From the NCBI RefSeq assembly GCF_037042905.1, contig NC_087245.1, positions 15,316,001 to 15,380,000 of the forward strand: 64,000 bases of DNA. Direction: 5' to 3'. Every line of letters starts with the position of its first letter. Within the stretch, counting starts at the first letter, position 1. The translations under genes were made by a program, and so were the position numbers. Shown here in pieces: positions 23,389 to 36,500 of this stretch. The notes beneath the pieces are model-generated. The model was not told the DNA's origin. It saw only the letters and a list, made by a program, of their open reading frames with translations, and searched no databases. The DNA is from Lytechinus pictus. Its lineage: Eukaryota.

Positions 23389-26300
23389 CTGCAACAGAAA
23401 AAATTGAATAACCAATATATATATGAATATATATATATATATATATATATATAAAGAAAGGAGAGAGAAATTCGAAAACAGATTACAGAAAAAAATCAAC
23501 CACGTTAAACAGTATCATAAGAACAAAACACAAATTTTATGAATCATTATCATAGATCAGTGATAGTTTAAGTAAAGTTAAGTTTGGTTCAGACATCTTT
23601 CAACGCAATTTATTATGGGTTTTTTCACCCAGGTCACGGAATGAGACTCAAGAGTCAGAATTGAAATTAACATCTTACAACATTGTACAATGACATCCGG
23701 TTGGCTTGAATTATAATTATGAGATTGATAGGACTCTTCTTAATTGAGTAGATCTCACAAAATTAGTTTATTATCTCCTTTTCGGTAAATTGAGAGCTGC
23801 TAATATTCATCCAAACAACAGCAAAGACAGGGATAAAATTATATTGGAGCTGTTTAATTTGTACTTTGGAGTATGTACAAACTATACAGATGTGTCAATG
23901 TGAGGACATGAGTGTGGTGTTATACACTCGAAATTTTGAATTTACTCCAAACCAGGTTCAGTTTGGACAAAATAAACAATAAAACATGAGTATGATCCGC
24001 TACTATGGGACACGTACTATCCCTGAAATCGAGGTTCACTTGACCTATATGACCTACAAGTGATACATTGACCATAATGGATTTGAATCGTTTTCTGGAT
24101 AAAGGACGCCCCCGATTAGGATTAAAAACTGAAAATTTCCCCATTTGTAGGTCCACATAGGATGCCTAACACGCACAAACACCCAAATTGATATCCAAAT
24201 ACACATGCACAATGATACACACATCCGAACACACACACTCATGCGCATCCTCATATATTCTCAGCACTAAGTAAACAATTTTCACGTGGGGCTTGGGTCT
24301 CGGCCAAATTGGCCAAAATTTATGGGGAGCTTCAGTTCAGGATATGATATCATTTCATCAAGCAAAAGTAGATAGCGAGTAAAAAAAATGATGATAATGT
24401 AGGAACTACTAGTTTTGCCATATATTTATGATTTTATTTTTAAATGTCGGTTTGTCTTTAAAGCGATCTGATACAATGTCAAATTATTTTTAGGATTTTT
24501 TCCGCATGTGTATTCGGCAGAATGCTAGGCATTGTAATGCAAGACTTGGTATATGTGTATTTCTGCATGTGAAAATAAGCGAAAACACATTCATATCAGC
24601 ATTTTTATGACAACTCGTCTACCCAGCAAGTTGTCATTCAGCTGGAAATTCAGGTCTAGTATAATACTTGAAATGTTGTTTGAATTATTTGAAACAAATC
24701 ATGAGAAGTAAAATGAAACAAAAATAATTATGATAAATGTGTAAGCTATTTGAGATATAAAGTTCATGTTATTCTGATGTAGTTTGTCCGTGGTGTTGAA
24801 ATCATTAGACATCTACATATCTGTGGTCCCATATACTTACATAGCACGGTCCCTGGACTCCGTTCTCGTACCCCACGCATACGATCTTTAACACATCTTC
24901 CAATGAATGCTGAGTCCACCTCACACACACCTCCGACGGAATAAGTGGAAGTCGTGTCTCCATTAGACTTGATGCTATCGTACCTACATCCCAATAAATA
25001 AAATGAAAACACAATAGCCAAAAATATCATGGGAAAAGTTGTAGATGGGAAGAAAGGAGCACAGACTGAGGCACTGAACTTAAGCTTGCTTTAGGACATG
25101 TATTTTGTGTACTGTAAGTAAAACACATAACAAACACCATTCGGGCTTAGAAAACCATTTGATTTAAAAAGTGATTGCAATCATTGGCGGGACTTCATGT
25201 TTTTATGTACAAATGGCCTATGTTAAGCGCAATGAATAACGGTAACGCACTTTATGGTGATCTCTTAGCCATGCAGATATAAATGATTTCAAAAGTGTTT
25301 GCAGTCGTTTACGTTCATCGGGCTTATACATCAATGACCTCATAGTTGCTTTGTTCATTTTAAATAACTTAATAGTCAAATCAATGCATTACCAGCGCCG
25401 GTTTCACCATATCCTGTAGATGTCAAGTACGTCCCCGGTTCCAGTTCGAAACCGCTATCAGGCAGGCAAACCGGTCTGACATAGTCCGTCATGACCAAAG
25501 GTTCTCGGAGTTGGACTAAGGCAACGTCATAAAGCAAATAGTACCCGCTGAAGTAGAAATCCGGGTGTTCATACACATCGGATATATGGACCAGTTGGCC
25601 ATGCTCTCCCAATTCAAATCGATCTGAGACGCCGGTTATGACCACCATTCTGCCAATTTGGAATGTGCTTCTGTCAAGGTGAAAAAAATATATAATTCGA
25701 TGTTCATTGTTAGAGCTATTGACTCGATGTCATTTCCACGTTTGTAAGAATATTCTCTGAAAATTCCCGAGAGTTACTGACTTTCCTATATCTATATGTT
25801 TTCTGGAATATGAAATTCCTTATAATATTTCGCTATTTATATGCACTTAAGAAATACATTGTAAATATCCAAGTCAGGCTAAATTTTAGCACAACTCCGT
25901 GTGGAGCAATCCATATAGAACATCCCGACTCTACATCTTTCTTGCGTTTGATGTATTCTGATTTGAAATTCTCTGAAAACTACTGACGGTCATTTACGTT
26001 ATTTGTATTTCTTCCCATCATGAATATCAATGTAGAACTTACATGCAATGAGCAGCAGTTATGATCCATTTACGATTTACAACAGTCCCGCCACAGCTCA
26101 CACCCTCGGTATCGTTCTGAGCTAAAAAAAAAATGAAATAAAATATGAAGATATAGATATAGAAAACTAAAGTTTGTTTTACACACAGGTAGATTGTGAT
26201 GATAACGATAAATGAGACGTGGTTGAATTATTATTCTTTTCCGTTCAACTAATTCATATTGCTTTAAAATCAATCACAGTCTCTACTTGCTGCCAGATGC

Positions 26301-29300
26301 AGAAGATTGTTATCCAGAAAAGTTCTAAAAAGATCAAATGCCTCTTAAAGTTTTAAAATATTATTGAAAGTATTTAGTTCAAATCGAAAATCGCTGGATG
26401 GAGATTCATTATGCATTATTAAAAATGCCAAGATGAAATGGGATTCATTTTCCATTAATCTTTCACGAACGATATTGCTCATTATGCATATTTCGATGAT
26501 ATATTGTGTATGATATCTTGATGATGTTCGGAAATCCTCCCTTTGCAAAAGTTTTTCAACATTGTAAAATTAGTGTACGACAAAAATTTTCATTAGAAAA
26601 ATCAATTCAAGTACGCATTTATTGTTCTTCTAATTAAATTTTTCATATAAATGATACAAATCAATAGTACGATACACACATAATGAATATAAATACAAAA
26701 TTTGAATTATGTGTAAGGATGTATCGCCATTGAGACCATCAAACAACATTTTTTGTTACGATTCAGTGATACAAAACACCACTAGACTAAAATAAAAACG
26801 TCCACTTTTAAGAAAACATTTAACGGTGCCACGGCCAAGGAGTGTACAAGTCCCTCGCATTTTGATTGAGCACGTGAATGACAATTAATGTTTCTTTGTT
26901 CAAACTTAAGATCATTTTCATCTTTATTAATTTTTTAACATATCCCCAAACCAGCTTCTTGTCATACTAAGTAATATCAAAGATTGATAACGAATTTTTG
27001 TTGAGACTGAACTTTCAGAAAGTGCTTTTTCAACGAGAATTAGCAACAAGGTTCAAAATAAAGCTTAAAATCTTACTCACAAGCTAGGTATATCTGCCAT
27101 GGCCATTCACCTACCGATGCCTCTCTTCCACCGAGCATACGACGCCGTCGCAGGCGACCAGCTGGACGCTTCCCACATACTACATACAAAATTTGAAAAT
27201 TTGAAATACAAATCGGTGTCACTCTGAACTACTATATACATACATGTCTTGAATATCTAACAAAGTATTCCCCGACGTTTCAGATTTTTTTTTTTTTGTA
27301 ATCTTCTACCCGTTCTCATTTGGTAGAGCGGGGGATTCGTATTGCGGTGACCCGGGTTCGATTCCCACTTGGTGCGCTAGTGCCCTTTGGTAAGGCATTA
27401 ATCCTCAGTACCAGGTCCTTCGGAGAGGACCTTAAGCCGTCGGTCCACTGGTTGCTTGCTTACAAGCATTCATGCTTTCTTAGCGATCAGGTAAAAAAAT
27501 CATCACCACCACCACCATCATCTTTCTGTCTATCTTTATTTGATTGTTATCCTCTTTCTCTTCTTCTTACAGTTTGCTTTATTCTTTTTCCTCGTATGAA
27601 GTTTAACATAATATTCAATGTTATTCATTGTGTGTTTATGTATGGGATGTGGGTGAATGCGCATGATTCTATAGCTTCTTATAACTATAATCATTTTATT
27701 ATAATTGTCTTCATGTCATCCCCCTTATCATTTAAGTTGTCTGTTCAGTTGATAATAACGCACCCGTGCAAACTTTCTCGTCGTCTCCATTCGGGCAGTC
27801 TTCTTTTCCATCACAAACGAAATAGTCATTTTCGTCGAACCCTTGGCAAAGATCTACATGATATCAATAATAATAGAAAAAAATAACACATTGAAAATAT
27901 AGAGCGCTTAATATAAATCAACTTAAAGAACTAAAAATGAATATCCACAGTTTATTTTTCGAAATAGATATCCGGAATATAAATATTCCTGAAATTTATT
28001 TGCCTAATAAATTGTGGGCTCGGCAGCCACTGTGCTGTGCCGAATCGACGTTGCTGTATCCCTAAAATCGTTGAACGCCAAACAAGGTATCAGCAACTCC
28101 AATCTTTTGGTGTGACGCGGCCGGGGCTTGAACTCCCAACCCACCGGTTGTGGGACGGACGTTCTACCAACTGAGCCAACACACCGATTAATATCTCTCG
28201 CATATTAATATCCAAGCGCTTCTCAGAAAAAGAAATATATAACATCGTCATCAGCTTAATAATCATCAAGATCATAATTGTGGTCAATACGGTATATCGG
28301 CCTGTTGAGGATATTTGTTCAGTGAGCTATAAAGTCATGATAAAGTGAAAGAAAGTATTTTACCTAATGCATTTTCAGTACAGTTCTGCTCATCGGCGCT
28401 GCCCTTACAATCTCGGATACCGTTACAAATGAGAATATCCGGGATGCATTGTCTATCCGGGCATCGGAAAAATCCTTCCTCGCATGCTAAGATGTTTACA
28501 ATATGAAAGGAAAATGCAACTATTTGATTATTTAGATTATAAAAAAGATTTTAAACATGTTTATCTTTGTAGGATATATTATGGTACCCTTTAGCAAACC
28601 AACCTGACAATTACATTTTCATGTTTATAGCCCTTTACATACTGCTTTAAGTTTGTAATACCATAGCCAGATCCTGTTTTTCTATAATTGTTTAAACTTG
28701 AATAAATTAGTCATATTGCAATAACACCATACTCCTAAAAGACCGGGCTAGTTTGATGCTCAAGAAAACGTGGGGATTGGCAAGGCCCCTGTCATGAAGG
28801 ATTATTGTATTGTTACTGTGGTGGTGAGTATTGTCAGAACACCCCTATTGACAATAATACAATCTGCCACGGTCAGGTCGTGGGGGGGGGGGGGTGGCTC
28901 GTCATCTCAGGCTTCATGGTTGAACAAAAGCGTAACATGTAACATCGGTGATTAATCTTGGGGATGCAACTTCAATAGAGCTAGGTGTAACTTAACAGCA
29001 TCAAACATGCACTGACTTCTTGGAAATAAATATGATAGACAGTCATTGACGTACGTTCGGGCTGTTGCTCCGCGCAGTCGGGTTCATCTTCACCTTCGAG
29101 ACAATCCTCGACTCCGTCACAAATCCAGTCAGCAGGAATGCATTCACCATTATTACAGCGAAATTCACATTCTAAATAAACACGAATAAGGAAAGAGAAA
29201 TGTTTCAATCTGTGCAATATTCTAAGTCATTTGCAGCAGGGGCGTAGACAACGGGGGGGGGGGGGGGGGGGGATGAGGGGGATGCATCCCCCCCACCTCA

Positions 29301-30511
29301 CAAGGTGGGGGGGATGGCATGTACAATCATCCCCCCCAGGTTTTGGGGAATGATATTTGGTTACTTAATAAGTCATAATGATGATAATAATAGTAATAAT
29401 AATAACAATTATAATATTAATAATAATAATAATTATGATGATGATAATAATAATCCTCATCATTATTGTAATTGTGTTTATTGTTATTAGCCGCATTCAC
29501 ACGGTGAAAGCCAATTCAGACGGTTAAAAAAAAAAATCTTACAAGTATTTACTGGGCAGGAACGAAAAGAGGCGCAAGATATTTGGTTTCTAAGACACAA
29601 ATTTGCAAGACTACAAAAGTAAAACTGACTAAGAGACCGATATGTTTGTTTGTTGAGCCATGAATGCTCCTTAAGTAAGTTTACCAACTTACCGCATGTC
29701 TCTATTATCTGATTAGCAACTGTTAATCAAGCTGTTTTTGGTATGGGAATGAAGCAACAACTTTTTTCTTTTCATCGAGACTACTTTTCAGGCACGAACC
29801 GAGTACTAGCAATACCTTCTTATATATGATATGTATTATATTTATTTATTTATTTATTAGTTTATATCAGATTATATTACAGGTATATGATATTTATACA
29901 TATATATATACATTATATGCATTTATTTATTTGTTAATTTATATACACGTTATTTTCTCAAGTCGGTTTTTATTGAAATACATGTGTGGTCTGGCCCACT
30001 CGTGTTATAGGCATTATACATTGTGTGCAAAATGCATCAGCGCAATCTAAAACAGAATAGAAAATGAATGTGATACAACAGTAGGCCTATACATAATAAT
30101 TCGTGACAGAGAGTACCATACTACTATCTTTATAACAAGTATTATTCAAACAAACATATATAATTATGTATAATCATGAATTGTTCAACTTCATGCTCCC
30201 ACTATATGACTATTGTTACACTAATACTGATATCAGGACTGACTGGTATACATTAGTTTGTTGTTAAGCTTGCAGCAGCTACATCTTTTCTGTATTGTTA
30301 ACTATTTATTTATTTTTGTTTTATTTAAGATGCACTTTGTTTTGTATTCATTTAAAGTATGTTGATTGATGCATGAAGACATAAGTTTGAAATGTTTAAA
30401 GAAGTTTGTTTCATGTAAAGCGCAGTGTGAATTTACCCTGTCTTGAAATGCGAGATAAAAGGAACCTATTAGTATTAGCATTATTATTTGTATTAGTATT
30501 ATTTTTTATTT

Positions 30512-30560
<49 letters not shown>

Positions 30561-33500
30561 TATAAGACTGAGATCAAATAGAAGTAAATAATGCCCTAAT
30601 TTGAAACGATGCAATGCCGTTATGGTTCCGATTTCTTCACAAACTTACAGAGCAGTATTGTTACTCCATGGATCATAGTGATACTGTTTATGTTTTTTGT
30701 ATCTGTATGTTAATGAGCCGCCAGCCAATATCCATCTATGGATACTATGCCTGTTTCTTTGAGGTAAAAAAAAACATAGTATGTACGTATTCATTATGCT
30801 TTATAATGAACAGACATATTGTTATTTGTTTGTTGTTTATGTGTTCTATTCACAAATGGCCACAGAGGCTGTTTTCATTCATAACCACATACCAATATCA
30901 AGACAACAAAGACTATACCTGCGTGTACACAGTTGACATTGTTTTTTTTTCTGAAGAGGTGTAACAGCAAAATTCACAGAGATAAATAAATACGTAGTGT
31001 GGTTCAATATGCAATACTATGTGTCAGTCCATTCTGTATTCGTATGCCACGGTGTGTAGATCTTGTCGATGTATGTCTGTCCATTCAAGGCGTAGTATGT
31101 GTGTGGTGCGCGCACCCGTGTGTGTGTGTGTGTGTGGGGGGGTGAGTATGTGTGTGTGTGCGTGCGCGCTTGTGTGTGTTAGTTTACCTCATTAAGTATG
31201 CATCAGATTGCACGATTTCAAGTTCAAAATTGCAAAAGCTCCCTACCGTGGGAGGGGGGACAAACCCCTCCCACACCCTCCCCCGCTCGGTCGCTTCGCT
31301 CCCTCGCTCGGGCGATTCGCGCCCTCACTAGCGTTGGCAACCCAGTCATCCCCCCCAGGTGTACGAACCTGTCTACGCCACTGATTTGCAGGTCAACATC
31401 ATTTTTTTCTCATTAATTAATTTCAAATATATTAAATGTTATATTAAAAACCAGCTCCATTGTATGCTGATGGAATGGGGTTAACATAATCGATCTAAAA
31501 GTGAATTATTACGGTCGATGGTTAAAAAAAATCGAAATGCAGTTATTACAGTATATGCCACACCAGTGCTCACATAATTCTGTCCAATCAAATGATTTAC
31601 TTATTATGAAGTATGGTCAATATTGAAACAAAAGCCCCATAACATACTGCTCATAGAGAGGGCATTGAAAAAAAGTATTATCGTCTCCAACAAAGCATGT
31701 TTCCATCGATAAAAAAACATGTAGGCCTGCAATAGTCGGATAGGAATACTTTGTCATAGAAGATTCACCAAAAACAATACCTTAAAGTGCCTGACACTGT
31801 TTCTGTCAGCGGCTTCGAAAATGACCACAGAGATGAAATTACTACCAATTAATCTGCCTAAACTCATTTGTTAGGGAGAGGAAATCTACCTTCGTTTCAT
31901 TTTAATTTCCCTTTTTATGAATGAAAGAAAAAACAGACAATGGGTAATCTGGAAACCCGGTATTGAATACTACGCGCGAAAATACCGATCTACGCGACTT
32001 ATGTTAAGTACTTTACAATTAAGACGCGTCGAAGGGAGGAGAAAAGGAAAGAAGACGGAAATATAAATATACCTTTTGCTGTCTGGTATAATGAGTACAG
32101 ACTGATTCGAATTGGGAGCTGTTGTGTGGTTATTTCGAGACGGAAGCATGCTAAACAACAGGAGATTCATGCTTTGACATTGCAACGCACCTGACGCATT
32201 GCATACCCCTACTGAAAAGGCTTTCCTTACTTTTTGGACGCCCTTTCGTATAGGCCGCCATAAATGACGATGCTATGAAATCGGATTCATCTGTAATTCT
32301 CGAGAGCGCGCCAAAATTACAGAAGAGAATGGAATGCAAAGATATTGTCAACATTCGAGGGAAAATAGCACAACTAGACTCTCTGTTTCTCGACCTCGCC
32401 ATGTTTTGGCGAGGAAAAATGGTATTGATAGTTACAATTCTTAAGAAAAAATCCCAACAGCCATCCATACCTTCGTCATCATGGCAATATGCTTCATCAG
32501 TTCCATTGATGCATTGTGGAATCAAGTCACATACCAAGGCTGAACGGAGACACTTGCCATCACCACAGGTAAACTCATCACCTGAACAAGTGGCTGGAGG
32601 GGCTATCAAATGAAAATCAACAGTGATTTTAATATCATGGTTGGTGTGCAATTGAGCTCGAAACTGTATATCTATAACTTTTAGTTTCATACATTACCGG
32701 TATTGTTGGAGCAATTTAACAAAATACGAGTATATAAGTCCGACCCCTTTATGTGGGACGACTCTGAAATGATCTCAGTTTTGTTTTAAAATCATTTGAA
32801 AGATCGTGGTCAGAGGAAAAAGCTGCAAAGATTACATTCTTTCAATCGCAAAAGACAAATAGTTTTGTGGGGCCGACTATAGTGAACAACTAAACCCATA
32901 TGTCCGACGAGATCCACCACTGATTTCTAGGCAAGCCTCCTCCGTTTTGTTACTTCATTTTCTTTCTTAGCTTAGTCGCACATTAAATTTTGATCGTGTC
33001 AAATTGCTATTTTTGTGAAAATTCAGTCCCTGAATTTTCTTTCTGAATGTTTGCATGAAAAGTTTGTAAATATTTGACTTTTAATGTTTTTTTTTGCATT
33101 TTGTTGACGGAATACATAATCTATTACTCTTATTGATGACATTCTTGTAATGGTGGTTCATGACATGGTGAACATTCCGAAGCCTGAAATAATATGTAAA
33201 ATGATATGGGGTTGAGTTTTGGATACGGTGCACGTTTTTGACAAACATAGGAGCGAGGGATTCGAGCGAGCTAAGTAGAAACCCATTATATTAAGATAAA
33301 ACGATTTGTCATAAATTTGAATATCATCAGAAAGTAAAATTGGCTAGATATTAAAGGAAATTCAATGAAAGCTATGTTGAAAAACATGACCAAATATAAT
33401 TTGCCAGAGTACAGTACTTACGGCAATCGCGTTCATCGTCTCCTCCAAAACAGTCTTCTTCACCATTGCATACAAGGTCTTTGGATAGGCACTGGAACGA

Positions 33501-36500
33501 GGCACATTGGAATAGTCTTCCTGGGCACTCTGCAGAAACAAGAAGAAAAAAAACAGAAAGATATTTTAAAATGTTGTTTTAGATAAGTTGTTGGATTGCG
33601 AATCAAGAAGTATTGATTGATATGCCGTTATGACACCAATGCAATTCGCCAAACCATAAATCTACATTTGTCACTTGCCACTTAGGTGTGGTTGGGTATG
33701 CCTACTTGCGGGAAGGATTTGCTTCAATGATGCTTACGTTGTCATTGGTTGAGTATATAGCTCGACCAGCTTCATACATACAAAGACCAGCATAATAGTG
33801 GATAGGGGGCGCCATATGATATTGTCATCTATTGACAATTATTGTGTAATATATAACTGGTAGTGGTATTGTTATTATTGCGATTGTTTGTTTTGCTATT
33901 GCCACCATTGTCGGTGAGGATAATTCATTTTCCCTTGATTTTCACATTTTGTGCAGCAGCATATTGGAGAAGATCGTCTCCCACGCCCTTTAGATGGACC
34001 AACATCTCAGGAAGACACCGCCTATGCGTGTCACTCATCTGATATTAATACTTTCATGAATAATTAAGCTAATCCAAGATTATTGAGTCATTCTTTATTT
34101 TAGGGCACATGGACAAGACGTGGATCCCCATAAAACTAGTGACGGCTAACTGATAAGAAATGTATGCAACGATACGAAAATAATAATACGAAAATAACAC
34201 TTTTTTTTTAAATAGGGCGACGCACATCTTGGAAGAAAATATTGAGATTAGAATGTATGCTAAAAGTTAACTTAACTCTTCCATTAGAATTAAAATGTTT
34301 TATGTTTAGACCTTCACCCGCCATCCTCCCTTCCATAGATACGTTAACCCCCCTCCCGTATTTACCATCTCGTTTCTCGGTTAATAAAGTCATGTTTAAT
34401 ATATAACATCCTACCTTTGCGCATGCGTACTTACTAGGGCAATTTTGTTCATCAGATTTATCTGCACAGGTGTCATTACCATCACATCTATCCCAGTAAG
34501 GAATGCATCTACCATCACCGCATTGAAATTGCCAACTCTCACATTCTGAAAACACAAAGTAGAAAAAATATAATGCAGTAATCAGGAATGATTGACTTTG
34601 GCTCTATATTGAAAATTGTCTACAGCAGGTCTTAAAAATCTTCCTTTCTTTATGGACCTGCAAGGAGAGTGACGCCACTACCCTTATCTTTTCTTTTGTG
34701 AACTACTTTTATGTTATACTTTTATACTAGTACATCTTGACATCTAATCAAGCAATCTTATCTAATCTTTTTAGTTTTTGTCTACTGAGTCTCAGTTTGT
34801 AGTCAGAAGATCATTTCAATTGGTTTATTGAGTCAGATATCTGGGTTAACTCCCACGTTTGATGTAGTTGATTTGGAATAGATGCGTGATTATCATCGAT
34901 TTGTTGTTGGTTTTCTATTTGTGATTTGCCCGGGTTCAGTAGTAAGCAAGGTCAATGAAATATATCGTATTCCGAAAGCAATTTTAAAGCTTTGGCAAAA
35001 CCAAGGGGTCAGTATCATATATCAATTAGTACAAAAGTGAATTGATTCATTTTTCCATTCAGCCATTAGAATTCAAATTTGGCATTTTCAACCGTTAGAA
35101 TTCAAATTTTGCTATCTAGCCAACTCTCTCCGTAATATATTTATCATTTTTATCTAAAATTTCAATTCGGGCACAAATTTACTAATGAGATATTACAACG
35201 CTACAGAAAAATATTACATTATGAATTTTCAACCAATGTAGATATTTAATTTTGCTAGGGCACCCAAAAAAAATAATTTTTTATGTTAAATCGATACATT
35301 TATCTTCTAAAACTCATGTTTAATTCAAATCCTTCATAAATTATGATAACCGTTTTCGGGCAAACACTCATATAATTAAGGAATGAGTTGGGATAGTGAT
35401 GGGAGATTTACCATATCTAAAAATATATAGGCTTTAAGAATAAACTTTCTTTATTTAAGAATGGTAATATTAAAAAATATATTTTTGGAGCAATTTTTGA
35501 GTAGTTCTATACAAAATCCTGCGCCCGTTGCAGAAAGAGTTTTAATCAAACGCAACTCTAAATTTCAAACAATCAAAGACGTTGATTCTGGACCTGCGCT
35601 TGATATTTTGAGTTGTGATCAAACGCAACTCTTTTCTTCACAGCGTCCCATATCTAATATTTGGCCAGCTTTGAAAAATTAGGTATGCAGAAGACAAAGC
35701 TTTGAGAACGATTTTTCAATGGGGGGGGGGGGGGCTATTGTGTTGGTTTTGAATATAAAAAAAAATCACTCTAAATTGAAGATGATATGACCAAGGAAAA
35801 AATTTGATAAGCAGCCCCCCCCCCCCAAAAAAAAAAAAAAAAGTTTTCACTCCAAATTTAAGGTGATTTCTACTTTTTGGAAAACCTACCTGATTTCCAG
35901 GGGGTGCTGCCTATTGTGAATAACACACGCTGCACCCCCTGAAAGAAAAGGAAAAAAACAACAACAAAACTTACGACAGTTCATCTCATCTTCCCGTCCT
36001 GGGCAGTGTGGAAACCCGTCACAAACATTATGTTTATAGATACAGGTTCCATCCGGGCATTCCCATTGATCTTCACTATCACAGGCTATGGAGGTTGAGA
36101 GGTTGAGAGACGAAGAGATGGAGAGAGAGAGAGTGGGGGGGGGGGGGGGGGGTTAAATGGCCAAAAACAATCAGAATCTGCAGGTCATTAAAACTTCACT
36201 ACATCTGGGGAGTGTTTCATCAACATTTTCATCCGACAAGTTGTCAGATCTGACATCTTTCTCTGATGTTGATTGGCTAAGAGGTACTGTTACTATGGTA
36301 ACTGTCGGATAAAATGGGACTTGTCGGATAAAACGTCCGACAAGTCCTTTCATGAAACGCTCCCCTGATGTCGAATGTCAATGAATGTGTGACCACATGG
36401 TAAAATGATATCTAAACATGTTTTATACTGTCTGCATGCTCCTGAAAATAGCAGTTTATATTTCAATATGGAGAAGTTGAAATGAGACAATTGAAACGAA

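Noticed and set aside
27320..27886. 188-aa plus-strand ORF
   Set aside because: Chance ORF spanning a SINE and the antisense of LDLa exon 10.
30919..30950. Possible extra protease micro-exon (AG...GT on the minus strand)
   Set aside because: 32 nt would shift the frame, and it lies inside the hAT-like insertion.
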